Shown here one piece after another: positions 42,160 to 56,000 of a DNA stretch of 64,000 nt. Position 1 is the stretch's first letter. Each line of letters opens with the position of its first letter. Made by a program: the position numbers and the translations under genes. Location: assembly GCF_964204645.1 (NCBI RefSeq), contig NC_134029.1, forward strand, positions 2,356,001-2,420,000. Direction: 5' to 3'. The notes beneath the pieces are model-generated. The model was not told the origin of the DNA, did not search any database, and was given only the letters and a program-made list of their open reading frames with translations. Source of the stretch: Tubulanus polymorphus. Its lineage: Eukaryota; Animalia; Nemertea.

Positions 42160-44377
42160 AGTTCAGTACAACGCGGACAAAGTGTTTCATCAAATTAACT
42201 ACGACTCGCCCGTTATTTTGATAGTAAAAGGTCGATTCGTCTGTGAGATAGTGGTTACGATTCTCTTTCTCGGGAGAAATTACAAAAATAATTCGTGTTC
42301 AACACCAAACATAAGAAACGTAATTGGATTTTACTTCTGTCAAGCGTCGGAGCGACGTATGATGATTTGATTTATAGCGCACCTCTTTCGAGACGTGTTC
42401 CCAAATGAAACCGACTCGAATCTCACCTGTGTACTCTCGGTGAAGTGTTCGTTCCTAATAACGACAAAGAGGAATAGCCGTTATTTTCGCCGTACTATGA
42501 CCAATTTCGCCGCGGTTATTAGACGGTGTTATTCAAATGACAGACGAGTTGAATAGAACTTGCAATGGCTTAACGTTCACTTTGTCAATAACGTTTTTCC
42601 TGCCTCTCGTTTTTTCTTTTTTAAATCCTTTTCATCACACGAGGCCTTTTTCTTCCGCGTTCGCTCGTCTAAACGGCGCTCTTTCTTTTCGCTTTAATAT
42701 TTTCGCCGTCAATCACCTACCGCAGGTACACCGTACCGCAGTTCCACGCGCTGTTCTATTCGTCTCGCTCGCAAGTCCCGACGAGATCAATCTATCAAAC
42801 CGGTTCTCTTTGATTGAACGGACTAAATTAAAATGCTATGTTGCTTTTTAATATTTCATACGTTGCGGTAGTGGTGGAGTCTGTCACCGGGTACGACCAC
42901 GTGTACGACATCGAAGATTGTCGTGTATGCATTATACCTCACGAGGTTTTATGAGATTGCGAAAAGCGATCGTCGCTGATCGCCCATGATTGCTTTTGCC
43001 GTTGCAGGTTTAATACGCGATATTCATCGGCAGCTTCCATCATCAGCGCGGCCATGGCTACCTGAAATAAACGATCGGTTTATTTTGCGCAGTCGCGCGA
43101 CTATCCCGCTCTGTCACTACCTCGATTTCGTAAAAGCAGTATCTAAGATCGACAATGACGGCGAGGTGCCCATAACCCGAGCTGATAGCTACAGCATAAA
43201 TTGATTAAAAGCATTTCATTATGAAAGAAACTCTTTCCAATCCTTCGTTTTTGCCGAAAGCGCCGTTGTTAATTTATGACTAATTGTCGGTAGATTTTGC
43301 ATCAATTCGCGTCGATTTTTAACAACGATCAAACCATCTGCATTTTGCTGCTGCTGCTGCTGCTGTTGTTAATTGTTTTTCGTCAACACCACGTCTCGAT
43401 TTTTTTTCCTACACGCGCGATGTTGAAATTAAACGATTTATTTTCATCACTCATTCGTCGATGCAGTTATTTCTTTCAGGTGTATTTGTTTCCTTGCCGC
43501 CGCGATGGTTTTGCCTGCGGTTCATTTCTAGGTGATGTAGAAACCGCATCGACGATAGATAGATTCTAACCAGAAATATTGCATTAACACAAATCGAAGC
43601 GATTGATAAAAATGTGGTTCGAGGAAGACGAAACTTTTTATCAATACCGACTTAATGATGAAATGATTCAGAGAATTTGTCAACGTCTTGACTGCCACGT
43701 TGTACTCGTCTCACCTCTCTAACTACACGACCGATATCTGAGGTAATTACAGTCATCGTGCCTGCTTCAAATACGGGTTATTTTCGCGATCTTGACGGAT
43801 ATTGCATGAAATTTGATGACAGTGCAAGGACCGAGAAAGAGACATAACGTTTGGTGTTGATTTCCCACGGCAAACTTTGAAAATAACTTTAAGATAACTA
43901 TTCGTTCATTCGCACCCTTTATTATCATTTATTTTTGATCGATTTGAACAAAACAAAACAAAAATCGAAAATTCTAAATATATCTGCTTAAGTTTTTAGT
44001 TTCATGGCAATTTTGGTTTGTTTTAAATGAATAGTCGAACAGTAGCCGTTTAATCCATTAAAACATTGAATCATATCTTTACACGTGTCGCTCTAGTTAT
44101 TTCTGATTAATCGTTTTTCGGGAAACTGTAAATTTGCGCCACGATCAGCAAAACCCAAAGAAGCAATAATTTCGCCTAGCGGGCTCGCGCTGGTTATAGA
44201 TGTATTGGCTTTGATCATTAGTTTGTGGCTATTCAGCTGGAAGAGAATTCATTACTATAAACCCATAACTAAAATATAAAAAGTATTTCATTACGCACGG
44301 CAAACACCTGAACGATTTATGCGTGACCGATTAAATCTATTTCAGTTCTTGATATCGTCGCGAGAGGGTGCGTTAGA

Positions 44378-44560
44378 TGACGTCAGTCAGGGCTTAAAGG
44401 TGAACCAATCAGTGACGTCACTGACAAGTTTTGATTAGTTCTATTGTAATTTAGAGCGAGTTGGATTATCAGAAATGAACTTATTTCTAGATTCAGCCAA
44501 ACCGACCAGAACTCCACTGGATCCAGAAGGGAAAATCATACGGGGCATGCCATGACGTCA
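44378..44560. promoter_or_regulatory. CRE-CCAAT-CRE-CRE module (candidate promoter/enhancer)
   Basis: TGACGTCA at 44378, 44413 and 44553; AACCAATCAG 44403-44412; 16-bp perfect palindrome TCAGTGACGTCACTGA 44409-44424. Confidence 0.45.
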
Positions 44561-46030
44561 TACTAGTTACTGCGTTGAAATTTGAAATATTCGGTATCAC
44601 TGGGTTTGATTTATCAATCACTTGAACTGATATCGAGGGTTTACGTTACATAGTTGGCTCTATACATCGATAGGGAAGATAATGATCTTCCCGAGTACAC
44701 AGTACCTGCGAGGGATACTATACACCTAACCCGATAGACTAAAAACTGAAGGTATATTCTGTGAGTACATCATCACACCAACCACACCGATCCGGTCTCA
44801 ATCGCCCGGGGCAACTGAAAAAGCAATTTCCAGCATTGGATTTCTAGTACGTGATGATTTCCTAGTTGTGGCGCTTGAACGCAAATTTCACTTGCTAAAC
44901 GCGGCTAATCCAGAGCTCTGAGTCAATTTCATCGAATGTAAATCGGCGGCAGGTGAACTGAGTTTCTTTCTCGGTTTTATTTGTCGTATTTAATGCGGCT
45001 GATAAATACGACGACGGTGGCGAGTGAGCTCGGGCTACAGAATATTCACTGGTGACGCCGCGATCGTCAACACAAGAATGTCATGCACGCATATTTTTCT
45101 GATTCGATCAAATTTCATTCGCACCGCGTTTAATCGAAATGGAAACCGAATTTATTCATTCACGGTGACGACGACTCAGACGCAGCAATGCGGCGTCGAG
45201 ACCGTCTTTCAAATTCCGTACGAGATGACGCAGGCAGGCAGGCGTCTATAGCCGGGTTCGTGCCGATAAGCGCCGCACGACATCGCAGAAACCGGTGTAA
45301 GATTTAATTTAGATTTACGGGTGTGCGAGGAATGGACTCACCCTCGCGCGGTGTATAGGGCTTCTGCGCCTCATCACTATTTGAACTCGACGAATTATCT
45401 TTCAGTGAAGATCATTAAATCTCGATTTACACGCTTTTACGTCGTCGATAAAATTCAGGCGATTTATTATAAATGTAGAATATTTCGAGACATCGTTCGA
45501 GAATCGATTTTCGTCTGAACATTAATAATTTTCTCGCGGATGATTTAGCGGTGTTTTTATTGCGCAAGTCGCACCGGTGTATGAAGAGAAGACTAGACAT
45601 TTATTGTAATTCACGTCGTCGATGCCTGAGTTGATGATGATCCTGCGCCGTCGAGCGACTCTGAATGATCAGTGCATAATGTCGGCGGCAACGCGTCAGA
45701 AAATTAACTGCATTAGCAATTAATCAACACATTTAAATTGGATTCGGCAATGATGCTGAATGCTTTAATGTATTTGCGTAATTTCCAAGTCAGCTCATTA
45801 TCTCTCAAGAAGTGCTTTTATGTTCTGACTTCATTGCCAGTACATATAACAGTGTATCAGCTCGGACCTGTATCCCGGCTAATTGTCTACACAAACAGAG
45901 GACACATTTTATTGTAAACCCTTGTTATAGGGGTAGATTTTATTATAGCAAGCCTTGTTTATTATGTCTGAGAACCGATCTGTGCCAAAACTTCCTAAAA
46001 AGCTTTCGTCGTTCTATGTTATAATGTAAA

Positions 46031-46109
46031 GGGGCCGTTTTCGCAGAACGACTTGAAGTCAAGTCACTTTATTAGTCAACGCGCATAAGTCAGTCTGTGA
46101 AATGGCCCC
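46031..46109. mobile_element. ~80-bp MITE with Harbinger/Tourist-like GGGGCC termini
   Basis: Left GGGGCCGTTTTCGCAGAACGACTT versus reverse complement of the right end GGGGCCATTTCACAGACTGACTT. Confidence 0.65.
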
Positions 46110-49100
46110 CAGAACCGCTAAAACCCGAACCATTAACACACCGCGGAATAAATTCATTATTACGCTTCACCTGTCTCCCGCAAAAACATATGGACAGATC
46201 ATGGTTAGCAGGTGATGATGGTTTCAGAGCGTACAGGTGCACGATGAAATAACGGCGAATGAACCTTTAATTCCCGGCAGTAAAACCCATCACTCATCTG
46301 AGAACATCGCCAGTACGAGTTCATTCGAGCTGTAAATTCTATACAAACATCGCGTCTGCGGCAGAGTAACTGTACGAACGAATCCAAGAAACTCACATTT
46401 CTATATCACGAATATTTCGTGCGTTTCGCGGATAAATATTTTGATGAATTTCTTTCGAGTATCACGTCAAACGTGTTTACTAAAGCCTTCACTATTATTT
46501 ATATAGGTATCTCACGCATAGTTTGTTTCATTTGTCCAGGAATGTTTCAACTGTTACTAGTATAAATGTTGACTTTGCGGTATATCATTGCCGACATGTT
46601 TTAGCTTTTTTATCATTATCGTAGCAAATACGGAAAGAATAGCCCATTTAGTGCTGTATCAATTAGTCAGTCAATAATTACTTATGATTTCGTACATCAT
46701 TTCCTAGTTCTTTTGAATACATAATATTCAATTCCATTAATCTATGGGTTTTTTATCCTATCCGGGAACTATAAACAAGACTTATATTCCGTAATCCTAT
46801 TTTCTCCCGAGCAACAACAGAAAATTTCCATAGCTAGGACTGATCGCTAATGCCGATACGGGATAGACCCTAGAGTTTTAAAAATCTGGCCGCTCTAATC
46901 TGGAGGCAGGATTCTCAAGCACACACGAGCTCGCTGAGTTCCAAACGGCGGAAGAATGTTTACATAGATTAGCCGGGCGAATTCACCGTGGTTTCCGCCA
47001 TAGTCTCTTTACCTCTGTACCTTCTCAAAACATCTGAAAACAATATCTGCAAGGTATAAATAACTTCACAAACGCAGATAAAGCCCATCGAGGAATCTTG
47101 TACGAGTAGTAATTTTATCTGAAAACATGGTTTTTCTGGTAACGCGCCGGTCGTGTTACATCGCAGCGATTTATCTCAACATCTTGTATTCATTGAGAGA
47201 CGGGATTTTCATTCTTATTCTTTCTCGTTTCGTAATGGTTTTCGCCCGAATTGCGAGCGAGAATGCCGTCGAATCATACCCGCGCAGTTTATTGAATTAT
47301 GAGCTGATAACAGAACCTGAAATTGTCTTCAATCAGATACTTGTAAAAACGTGGAAATCACTCGGTATAATGTTACCTCATCACATAGACAGACCGAGTT
47401 GTTAATCGCTCATTCGTCATCGCTTCCTCGTCTCGCAAAAAGTTATTCGGTAAACAGCCTTTTCATATTGATAGCCTCGACTGAAACCTGAACAGCGCAT
47501 TGAACCCATTATAGTCTTCTATATCAAATAATAATTCGCGTTTTTCTAAATCCCGGCTGTTTTGATATTCATCCCAATTAAAACAAAAACCCTACAGACC
47601 GATAATAAGACAGCCGCCACTAGACGGTGATAAAGTTTAACAAAGCCTGAAGCTCTTCTTCAGTTTGAGATAATTTTAAGGGTTTTTTTTTCTAAGATGG
47701 CCGGTAGGCACCAAACTAAATGGCAGTAATAAACAAAATAAACTATTATTTTTCGGAATGCTCTTAAAGTATAAAAAAGTTGAAGAAAGTACTGGTGTAA
47801 ACTATTTTATATTGATTAAGAGTGGTACCATTAGTAAATGTCGTGGAAAGTAAAAAAAATTGACAAAATGTAATCGACTTTTGAGATCTAAGTGAATTTC
47901 TGAAACAGTGCATTTCTTTTTGGTTAACTTGAAACTTCCCTGAGTATTTTTTCATTATTCAGTCCGTTGTGTTGCAGGCTTATCGTATCCCCCTGGTGTA
48001 CTGGAAATGCGTGAAATAAACCGGCAATGCCTCGTAGACGAACGACTGAATGGACGGGCTTCGCCTTTGAAATAGGAACTGATTATTTGCCAGTTTCTTT
48101 TTCTATGTTTCACTTACAGAGATATCTTTGATGATAAACTGGCAAAAAAAACTGAACGACTCAATAGAGATAGATTTACAAATGGTTTATCTAGACTCAC
48201 CGAATTGTTTCAATTCAAGAGGGGAATCTTTATGTAAATACTATAGATGCTCGGGTTAGAAATTCAACGCTTCAAAACAAAATCACCGCCAGGGTTTGGC
48301 AATAAAGAGTGAATTAGGGAGAAGAAAATGAATGGAAGTAAAGAATCCTAATCTTTGTAAGACGATATTGTTTAATGATGTGTCGGGATAAATGTTTTTA
48401 CGCACCAGTCTATCTTACTGAATCACCCGGCATATCCCTGTTAGGTTAACTAGGCTTTCATCAGAAATTCGCTTCATTGAACCCCTTTACAGGACACAGT
48501 TCTATTGCACGCAGTCTTTCATTGTACCTCGCCTCTGGATGTTCTACAAAATTAAATCCCAAATATCGAATCCCTTCCATCATTAAAAGAACCAGTAAAA
48601 ACAATTTCATTAAAGATCGATTGATTGATTTGTGATTTTTAAATATTTCTCCATATTTTGTAAGCAGCTTTGAGATTGTTTTAAAGTAAAGCGCTTTTAG
48701 ATAATTTCATTATCACTACTATTTCAATACAGTCTGTGAGTGGATTCTACCACGTACTGTAAGGCCCACGTTCAAACTCGACGTTTTGAAATTGTCGAAC
48801 CTTTGATGACGGCGGGATACCGTTTCAAAGGATTATACTAGTTTCAATATTCTATTGATACAAACTGACTTTCAACATCTCCATTCAAAGAGATTGTCGC
48901 CCACACTTAAATCGTTCATTAAAATGGGATTTAACTTAATCGATTCCAATATTGCAGCCAGAAAATAAAAATGGACGCGGTTTATAGTAGCGATACTCTT
49001 TGAGTTAGAATCAGTTCATTTCAATTTTTTTAACTTCACAACTAGCGGATCCGGATCCAAATACTAATAGTTTTGATCCACGCCGTATTTTCAGTCAATT

Positions 49101-50039
49101 CTAAGACGTCACGTTGAATCGTCATTTTCTCCTGTAGTTATTGTAGACTATTGACGAAAAATCGATGTCTCTATCGTCCAATAACATAGGGCTATAATCT
49201 GTTTGTGTCGTTGATCTATTCTTGCTTGAAATTCGTTGACAATGCGCGTTTTTTCATCGATCAGCAGCGAGAAGCCTGAGACGTATGATATCTATTACTG
49301 CGCTCTGTGGACGGAGAAAAGATGACACAAATTCGCGTTTCTTCGCGATTATAATCGATCAATTAACAACAACAGCCATCAGCGCAAAATGTCTCCTTCT
49401 TTCATCAGTTTTTTTCTGCTAGTTTCATAGATTATAGATCTCTCAGTTCGCAGCCGATATTCAATACAAAATATAATATCTCTCGAGTTCTATGCATCGA
49501 CTCAGATTTCCCTCTCTCTTTCCCCTCCCTCTGCCTATAACCGGCAAGTTCTACTTTAAAAAGGTGAAATTAGTTAAAAGCCGAAATAAAGCTGTTGTCT
49601 AATTATCATTTTTCCGAGGTTGCTGTTTACACGAGATCGTTCTCTTGAGGGGCATGAAATCGTGTTAGCTTTCATACATAAACATCGGAAACGTGGGTCT
49701 CCTCGGACTTGTCGTGTCTAGCGATATCATTAGATTACTTTGATACGGTGGAGGTTTTCGAGCGCCGCTCTGCGAGCTGAATACGGCTTCCAACATAACC
49801 AGATTGGTCATTTATAGAATGTTTTATACAGATTGTTCTGCAATGCGCTGCGTGCTGTCGCTCCTTAATACCCGCAGTGGAGCTGGTCATTTTCACTAGA
49901 CACGAAACCTTTCCCATGATAAATTACTGGAATGAAACTGTAATCTGCTCGTGTTTTCTACTGATGTATCCATTGAGCCCGAGGAAATAACCGATAACAA
50001 ACTGCGACCTCTTCCTCCATCCTCACGCGATCAGACAAC

Positions 50040-50527
50040 AAGGGAGATGCAGAGCAGAGGCAGAGAAAGAGGAGCGAGGGAAAGAAGGGAGAGGGAGAGA
50101 GCATCGGAGATAGGGAGATCGAAAGGGTAAGACTAAGAGAGAGAGAGAGAGGAGCAGAGAGAGAGGAGCAGGGAGGGAGGAGCAGAGAGGGAGGAGCAGG
50201 GAGAGAGGGAGAGGGAGAGGGAGAGGGAGAGGGAGAGGGAGAGGGAGAGGGAGAGGGAGAGGGAGAGGGAGAGGGAGAGGGAGAGGGAGAGGGAGAGGGG
50301 AGGGGAGAGGGAGAGGGAGAGGGAGAGGGAGAGGGAGAGGGAGAGAGAGGGAGAGGGAGAGGGAGAGGGAGAGGGAGAGGGGAGAGGGAGAGGGAGAGGG
50401 AGAGGGAGAGGGAGAGGGAGAGGGAGAGGGAGAGGGAGAGGGAGAGGGAGAGGGAGAGGGAGAGGGAGAGGGAGAGGGAGGGAGAGGGAGAGGGAGAGGG
50501 AGAGGGAGAGGGAGAGGGTGAGGGAGA

Positions 50528-50563
<36 letters not shown>

Positions 50564-50565
50564 AG
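50040..50565 (+). repeat. GA-rich low-complexity lead-in plus (GAGAGG)n (~50200-50530) and (GA)n
   Basis: Seen directly; same unit and strand as 4022-4404. Confidence 0.97.
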
Positions 50566-52829
50566 CAGGCAGAGAGAAGCAGAAGATGGTGTATGTGTAT
50601 GTATGAGATGACAGAACATTTTGCTAAAACCGAAACGATTAATTCTCAGAGCGTCTAAGTGATAAATAACACACGGTATAAACACATCAGTTTGGGATGG
50701 GATGCAGGTAATAGAAATCAATTCTAGACTTGTTAATTCGGCAGTAGATCAAAGGTCAGTATGTTTTCGGCATAGAAAAGTATTCAGGAGTCCATAAAGA
50801 TAATTCTGGATTGGAATCAAGTTGTTGTTGTTGTCGTGTAGAAGAGCTTACTCTTCCGAACTAATCAGGAAGAAGACTTTGGCACAAACTTTCAGGGAAC
50901 AAATTTCAAAAGAACCATCTCTTCAGATGTGTGTTCTGACGGTTGAGAGATTTTACACTCGCTTTCTTGTCGCCGGTCACTCGTTTCAGCTTCGCTCGAC
51001 TTCCTAAAAGAAAGACAAATTTCATTAGAAAGCGGCTGTAGCTCATGTTCTGCGTCGATAAGAAGTTAGATTATTCTCTTCGAATACATTGTTCCAGGTT
51101 TCAATTTAGCGAGCGTGTGTTAGTGCACCGCTCCGCTGACGTGTCTGATAGCGAGCTATAAGCTTGATCTGGCTTTGTCACTCGGTTCAATTTAGCGCGT
51201 CGTAATTGAACCTGCAACGATGCTTTTCATCATTAAATTCAATTCTTTAAATACTCGACATTCTCTGAGTAAGACGTTTGTTGTAATTATTTCGGTGCTG
51301 TCGTCGTCGTCTATTTTTTAAAAGTCTCGGTTGATTTCTGAACGCGTTGTTAACAGCTCGTATAGTATAGAGTTGTTGTATTTCGCCGAAAGGCTTTCTT
51401 CCAATCAACACGAGGAGGGACTTTGATCCCCAACCCCGAGCTGAGTGCGTTGACATTTTCAGCACTGTTTCTTTTCTTGAACTGTTTTTTTGTCTTCCTA
51501 GTGTGTTGAGGGTAAATGCGTAAATGCGACCTGGTCGGTGTGAACGAGTCGTGGCTATTAGTGCAGTTTTTAGTAAGCATACACCGGTCATCTGCTGGTG
51601 TTCATCCATTAGAGATAGACGTTTGGTAACACGATGTTAAGATTACTAATGCGTCTATTTCCAAGTGGCCTTCATCATCCACTGAACTCTCAGACATATG
51701 GTTAATCCCCAGCTACAGACAGAATGGGATGATGACAATATACCGTAATATGCTGAAAGCGAAAAATCGATGTATTTGGTCTTTTCATACACGGAGGTTT
51801 TATGCGGTGCTGGAGAGGGAAATATTTTGCACTCATCAAAGGCTCGATTCGGATGTCGAAGGCTTTGTTCGTACATGCGCATGGTTATAAGACTGGTCGT
51901 GTATGGGGAAATCAGTCCAAAATAGATCTAGAGAAGAGCCTCAAAAAATATCGAAATAGTTCATGTCATTGCTTTATACGTCACTAGAATTTCAGTGAAA
52001 TAACTCGGGATTAACAACAGGTTTCCTCAGTTATAAATGACAGTTCAACTTGGTTAACTCGGATAAAGCCTCGTTTTTGACAGATATGTCTCCAGGACCC
52101 ATCGCGTTACTGTAACTATAGGTGATCACCGGTGAGTGATGCAACTGCGGAGGTTTTTTATGCAGATTATTTGACCGTCGTTATTCATTACTGACAATCT
52201 TAATGAACCTAGTGTTAGCTGATCCATGCCGCTGAAATTGCTTCGGTAAATTAATTGACTCAATACGACATTGCCGTCGTGTATATGTCTATACTTTTAG
52301 GAATGACGAAGTTGTTGGAATAGATGCCTCACGCATTGCTGCACAAATCCTGCATCCTCCAAACCGATCAGACCCGTGTGGGAATAGGACCAATAATAAA
52401 CAAAAGGATGTTTTTGAATTGTCAGCCGCGGAGAATGAGGTCATGACGTTATAAGCGTCTCGCGGTCGTTTAATACGAATCGAGTTCAAATTGATGGAGT
52501 CATCTCATTTCGGAAAGATCTGAAGCGCGACTTCGGGTCGTTATTAATCAATTGATGAATTTTATCATGCGATCTTTGTTCGACGACATTTATCAGGGGA
52601 TCTGTGGATCTGGCCCGTAAATTGTGAACACCAATATGAGCAAATCACCGCTGTACTGAGAAACAGATAATCGACTGAGGAGGCTACGACGTAGTCTCTG
52701 AGAGACAAAACGACGTACAGCCAGATTTAAAAAAAACATAGATCACAGTCAGTCCAGCTACCTCCGAATTTGGTTGTTTTAACTAAAAAAAAAATGTGTG
52801 AATTCGGCCAACCATCCAGCTATTATCTG

Positions 52830-53050
52830 TAACTGCGATTTCCCCAATTTCCAATTTCAAAATTAAAATGCATATGTTTCGTTTCCGGCAAATACAATAC
52901 TGTAAGGGACACCAAATCAAATCCAACTCTAAAAAGGAGGGATATTCATCCTCGACATTGAACATATCTCCCAGATAGCCGGTTCTCTGATGATGGTCCA
53001 ATGTTTCGATGATATTCTTGCTATGTTTCTGACCAGCACTTAAGACTCGA
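52830..53050 (-). mobile_element. Decayed LINE ORF2 C-terminal zinc-knuckle remnant
   Basis: The minus strand reads IE...ENRL(S)/frameshift/NVEDEY...CPLQY...RK. DNA gagaaccggctatctg...aatgtcgaggatgaatat aligns with gagaataggttatgtg...attgttgaggatgaattc of the 35.9-kb copy. Confidence 0.55.
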
Positions 53051-56000
53051 GGAGAATTGACTCACTTAGCGCTGCTTGTAACAACAAAGTCAGCGATTAA
53101 TCCGAAAGACATCTTCGATACTTTTTACCGGTCACTCTACATGAAAACGCTCTTCTCTCCGTCGTGCCCATTTCCATATCATCACCTTTATATTCACTTT
53201 TATGCGTGTTATTTCTGGCTTCGGAAACATATTTTCGAAAAAAATCAGTCGATTCGGACATATCTTTCCCGGACTGCTCCAACCGCGCTGGGGAAACGGG
53301 GCATGTGGATAATGTGTTTCCAGCATTGATCTCAGATTCATTTTCGATATGGGTCACTTCGTGGATGTGACGTCATGTGGAGCAAACTCGGTCGTTTGAA
53401 TTATTGGCGGATATTTAAAATGCTTTAGTTTCTATTCGACTGAATTCAAACAGTAAAACAAATCTTACTTGTGCCAAAAAAGGCTAGAATGTTATACATA
53501 TTGATTTTAAGGATTCAGAAAGTCTTTCATTGTTTCGTGCGCAAAGGAATCAACTAGTTTACAGTTAGTTCGTGGCTGCATGAGGATATCGGCCATTTTG
53601 TGAATTCTAATAATTTCCTGAATGAGTTTGTAAACTTTCATCTTACTTGTTAACGACTTATGGTTGTCGGAGGTATAAGTTTCTTAATAAACCGAAATGA
53701 TGGTAATATTGATAATGATAGCTATGATGATAAATAACAATGTCTGATATTTCATCTGTGTGGTCGGTGACTGTGTGTTAGTCGCTCTGTATTCATCGCA
53801 ATTATGATCAATTTCACGGCGAATGCACGCGTTACACTCGATTTACTGAGACGACATATAATTGTACCGTCTGTCCTTGTGTCTGTCGATGCATCGACGG
53901 TCGGTATTGAAGCTGATTGACACACGGGCTGCTGCTGCTGCTGCTGCTGCTCCTGCTGCTGTTCTCATCTTCACCGTTTCATGTTCAATTTATGACCATC
54001 GATTTCGCTCAGTCGATCTTACGATGAATTTTGATTGAATTAATTTCAGACCAGGTCCCACCCGACTGTCGAATCTCTTAATCACTTCTCGCTAAAATGA
54101 AATACCTGTCACCTTAAATTCATAAATCCTGATACATTATCTCAACTCTGAGCTTATTAACAAAATAGTGTGTCATGTGAGAAGCGAGGGGTATCAAAAC
54201 CAGTTCTTATCCCTGGACGCAGTTTTACAGTAATGTGACTCAATTCCCGCCTTAGATTACGACAGATCCCGAGTTAGATTAAATCATTGAACCAAAATAA
54301 ACTCAAGCTGGTCTTATCTATATGCGTTCATTGTACAAATGTCTTGTATTCCTAGTTCACCATACCGGGTTAACACACGAGTATGACCATCGCTATTTCT
54401 ACGTCATTTGACTTGATTTAGCGCGTTGTAACCAGATACCGTGATATTTGATGCCGATGTTTCCACAACTGACCACAACGACAAACGCAGTATCAATTGT
54501 TACATATTGTTACATAAGTTCATCATCGACGATTCGATTCTATTTTGCCTGACTGATCTCTCGGCAATGAATGATTCATTGACTGACACGCCCAGGGATA
54601 CTGGACTCCCTGCACTTCCGAGGCTGATTAAAACGAACTAAGTATCCAAGATTTGTCTTGTTAAGTCAACCGCTTCATCAGCGCCTCAGCTAAGCCTCGA
54701 GGTCTGTGTATTTCTCATGCGCAGAACACGCGATTTATCTTGTAAAATTAGACGGATAAAGAAGTGGACAGTCGCGCTCGGTACTTCTCGTTAACCCTAT
54801 TAGGTCAATGAACTCATTCTGTGAGAGAGATTAATGCTGTCTCTTTTTTTCGGATTTATCGACCGAAAATGTGGGGTCTATCGAACAGCTGGTGTTTTTC
54901 ATCCGCCATATTGGCGAATATACGATGAAATGATAAAGGCGAGGAAGGTTTATTCTTTTCAGCGTCTTAAAGGCGCGATCAATGGCACTTTGTGGCGATG
55001 ATGTATGACCACGAAACAGTGATCGCCTATAGAGTCCGGGGTCAATTCAAGGCCCCTTAGCTTTTGCAGATCCACATAAAAATTTTAAGCCCCGATGCAA
55101 ACCTTAACTCCATGAGTGCAATGTGTCCCCATCCTTCCTCCCCCCCCCCCCCCCCGAGGCACACGTCCTAAAACAGAGAGGGGTCCTGGACAATAAGCCG
55201 TACATCGAGAGACATCTGCGATTTTCAATCAGCAATAATTTCAGGGTCTTCCTATTGATAATTGAGTGATCTTTCGTTTGATGTTGGTCGGCGGTAATTG
55301 CCGGCTTCGTCGCGAAGTTTCGATAACAACGTTAAGGTGAAAGGGCAGGTGAATTCGGCAAGATTGTTCAAACATCACAACAGCAGCAAATCGACTATCC
55401 GAGTGATTTGTTCAGTCGAATAGATCGTGTTGCGCTTTGTGAGATGACGATCAATGCCTAACTCAATATTAGCTTCGGGCGAACGCTAAATCAGGGGTTT
55501 GGCGAACAGACTGGACTGTGACTGTCCGCCGCCGCGACGCGCACGCATGCATTGTACTGGTGTCTACGATCGATTGAAACTGGTGCGCATTTATCCTCGA
55601 GGGCATTTCTTCTGCTCTTCTTATTCGAAAATGAATCACGTACGCACCAGAACAAATATCTTCACACGAAACCAAATATGCCGGATAAAATTGAATTTCG
55701 GTCTCTAGGCGGAAAACAATGCCATTTCCCGTTTACTTAGTAGTAACGCGAACGAGTCGTTTTTCGCAATTCTAGCGATGTTCAAAATAAACATTAGTTA
55801 CAGCTGAACTGTTAATTCGAGCTAAGTGCTGACTCAATTAGGGGCCTTTACATATACGTGTCTCCAGTTCGAGAAATCTCGAAGCTTTCTAGAATAGAAA
55901 ACTAACCCATTACAGACGAACTGCTCACACTTTCGGCTACTAATGGCCGCATATGGGGATTCTTCCGTCAAATAACAAAATGGTGAACGTTTGACCCGCG

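Noticed and set aside
49308-49330. miR-184-like sequence TGGACGGAGAA
   Set aside because: Only the first 11 nt match and there is no precursor hairpin.
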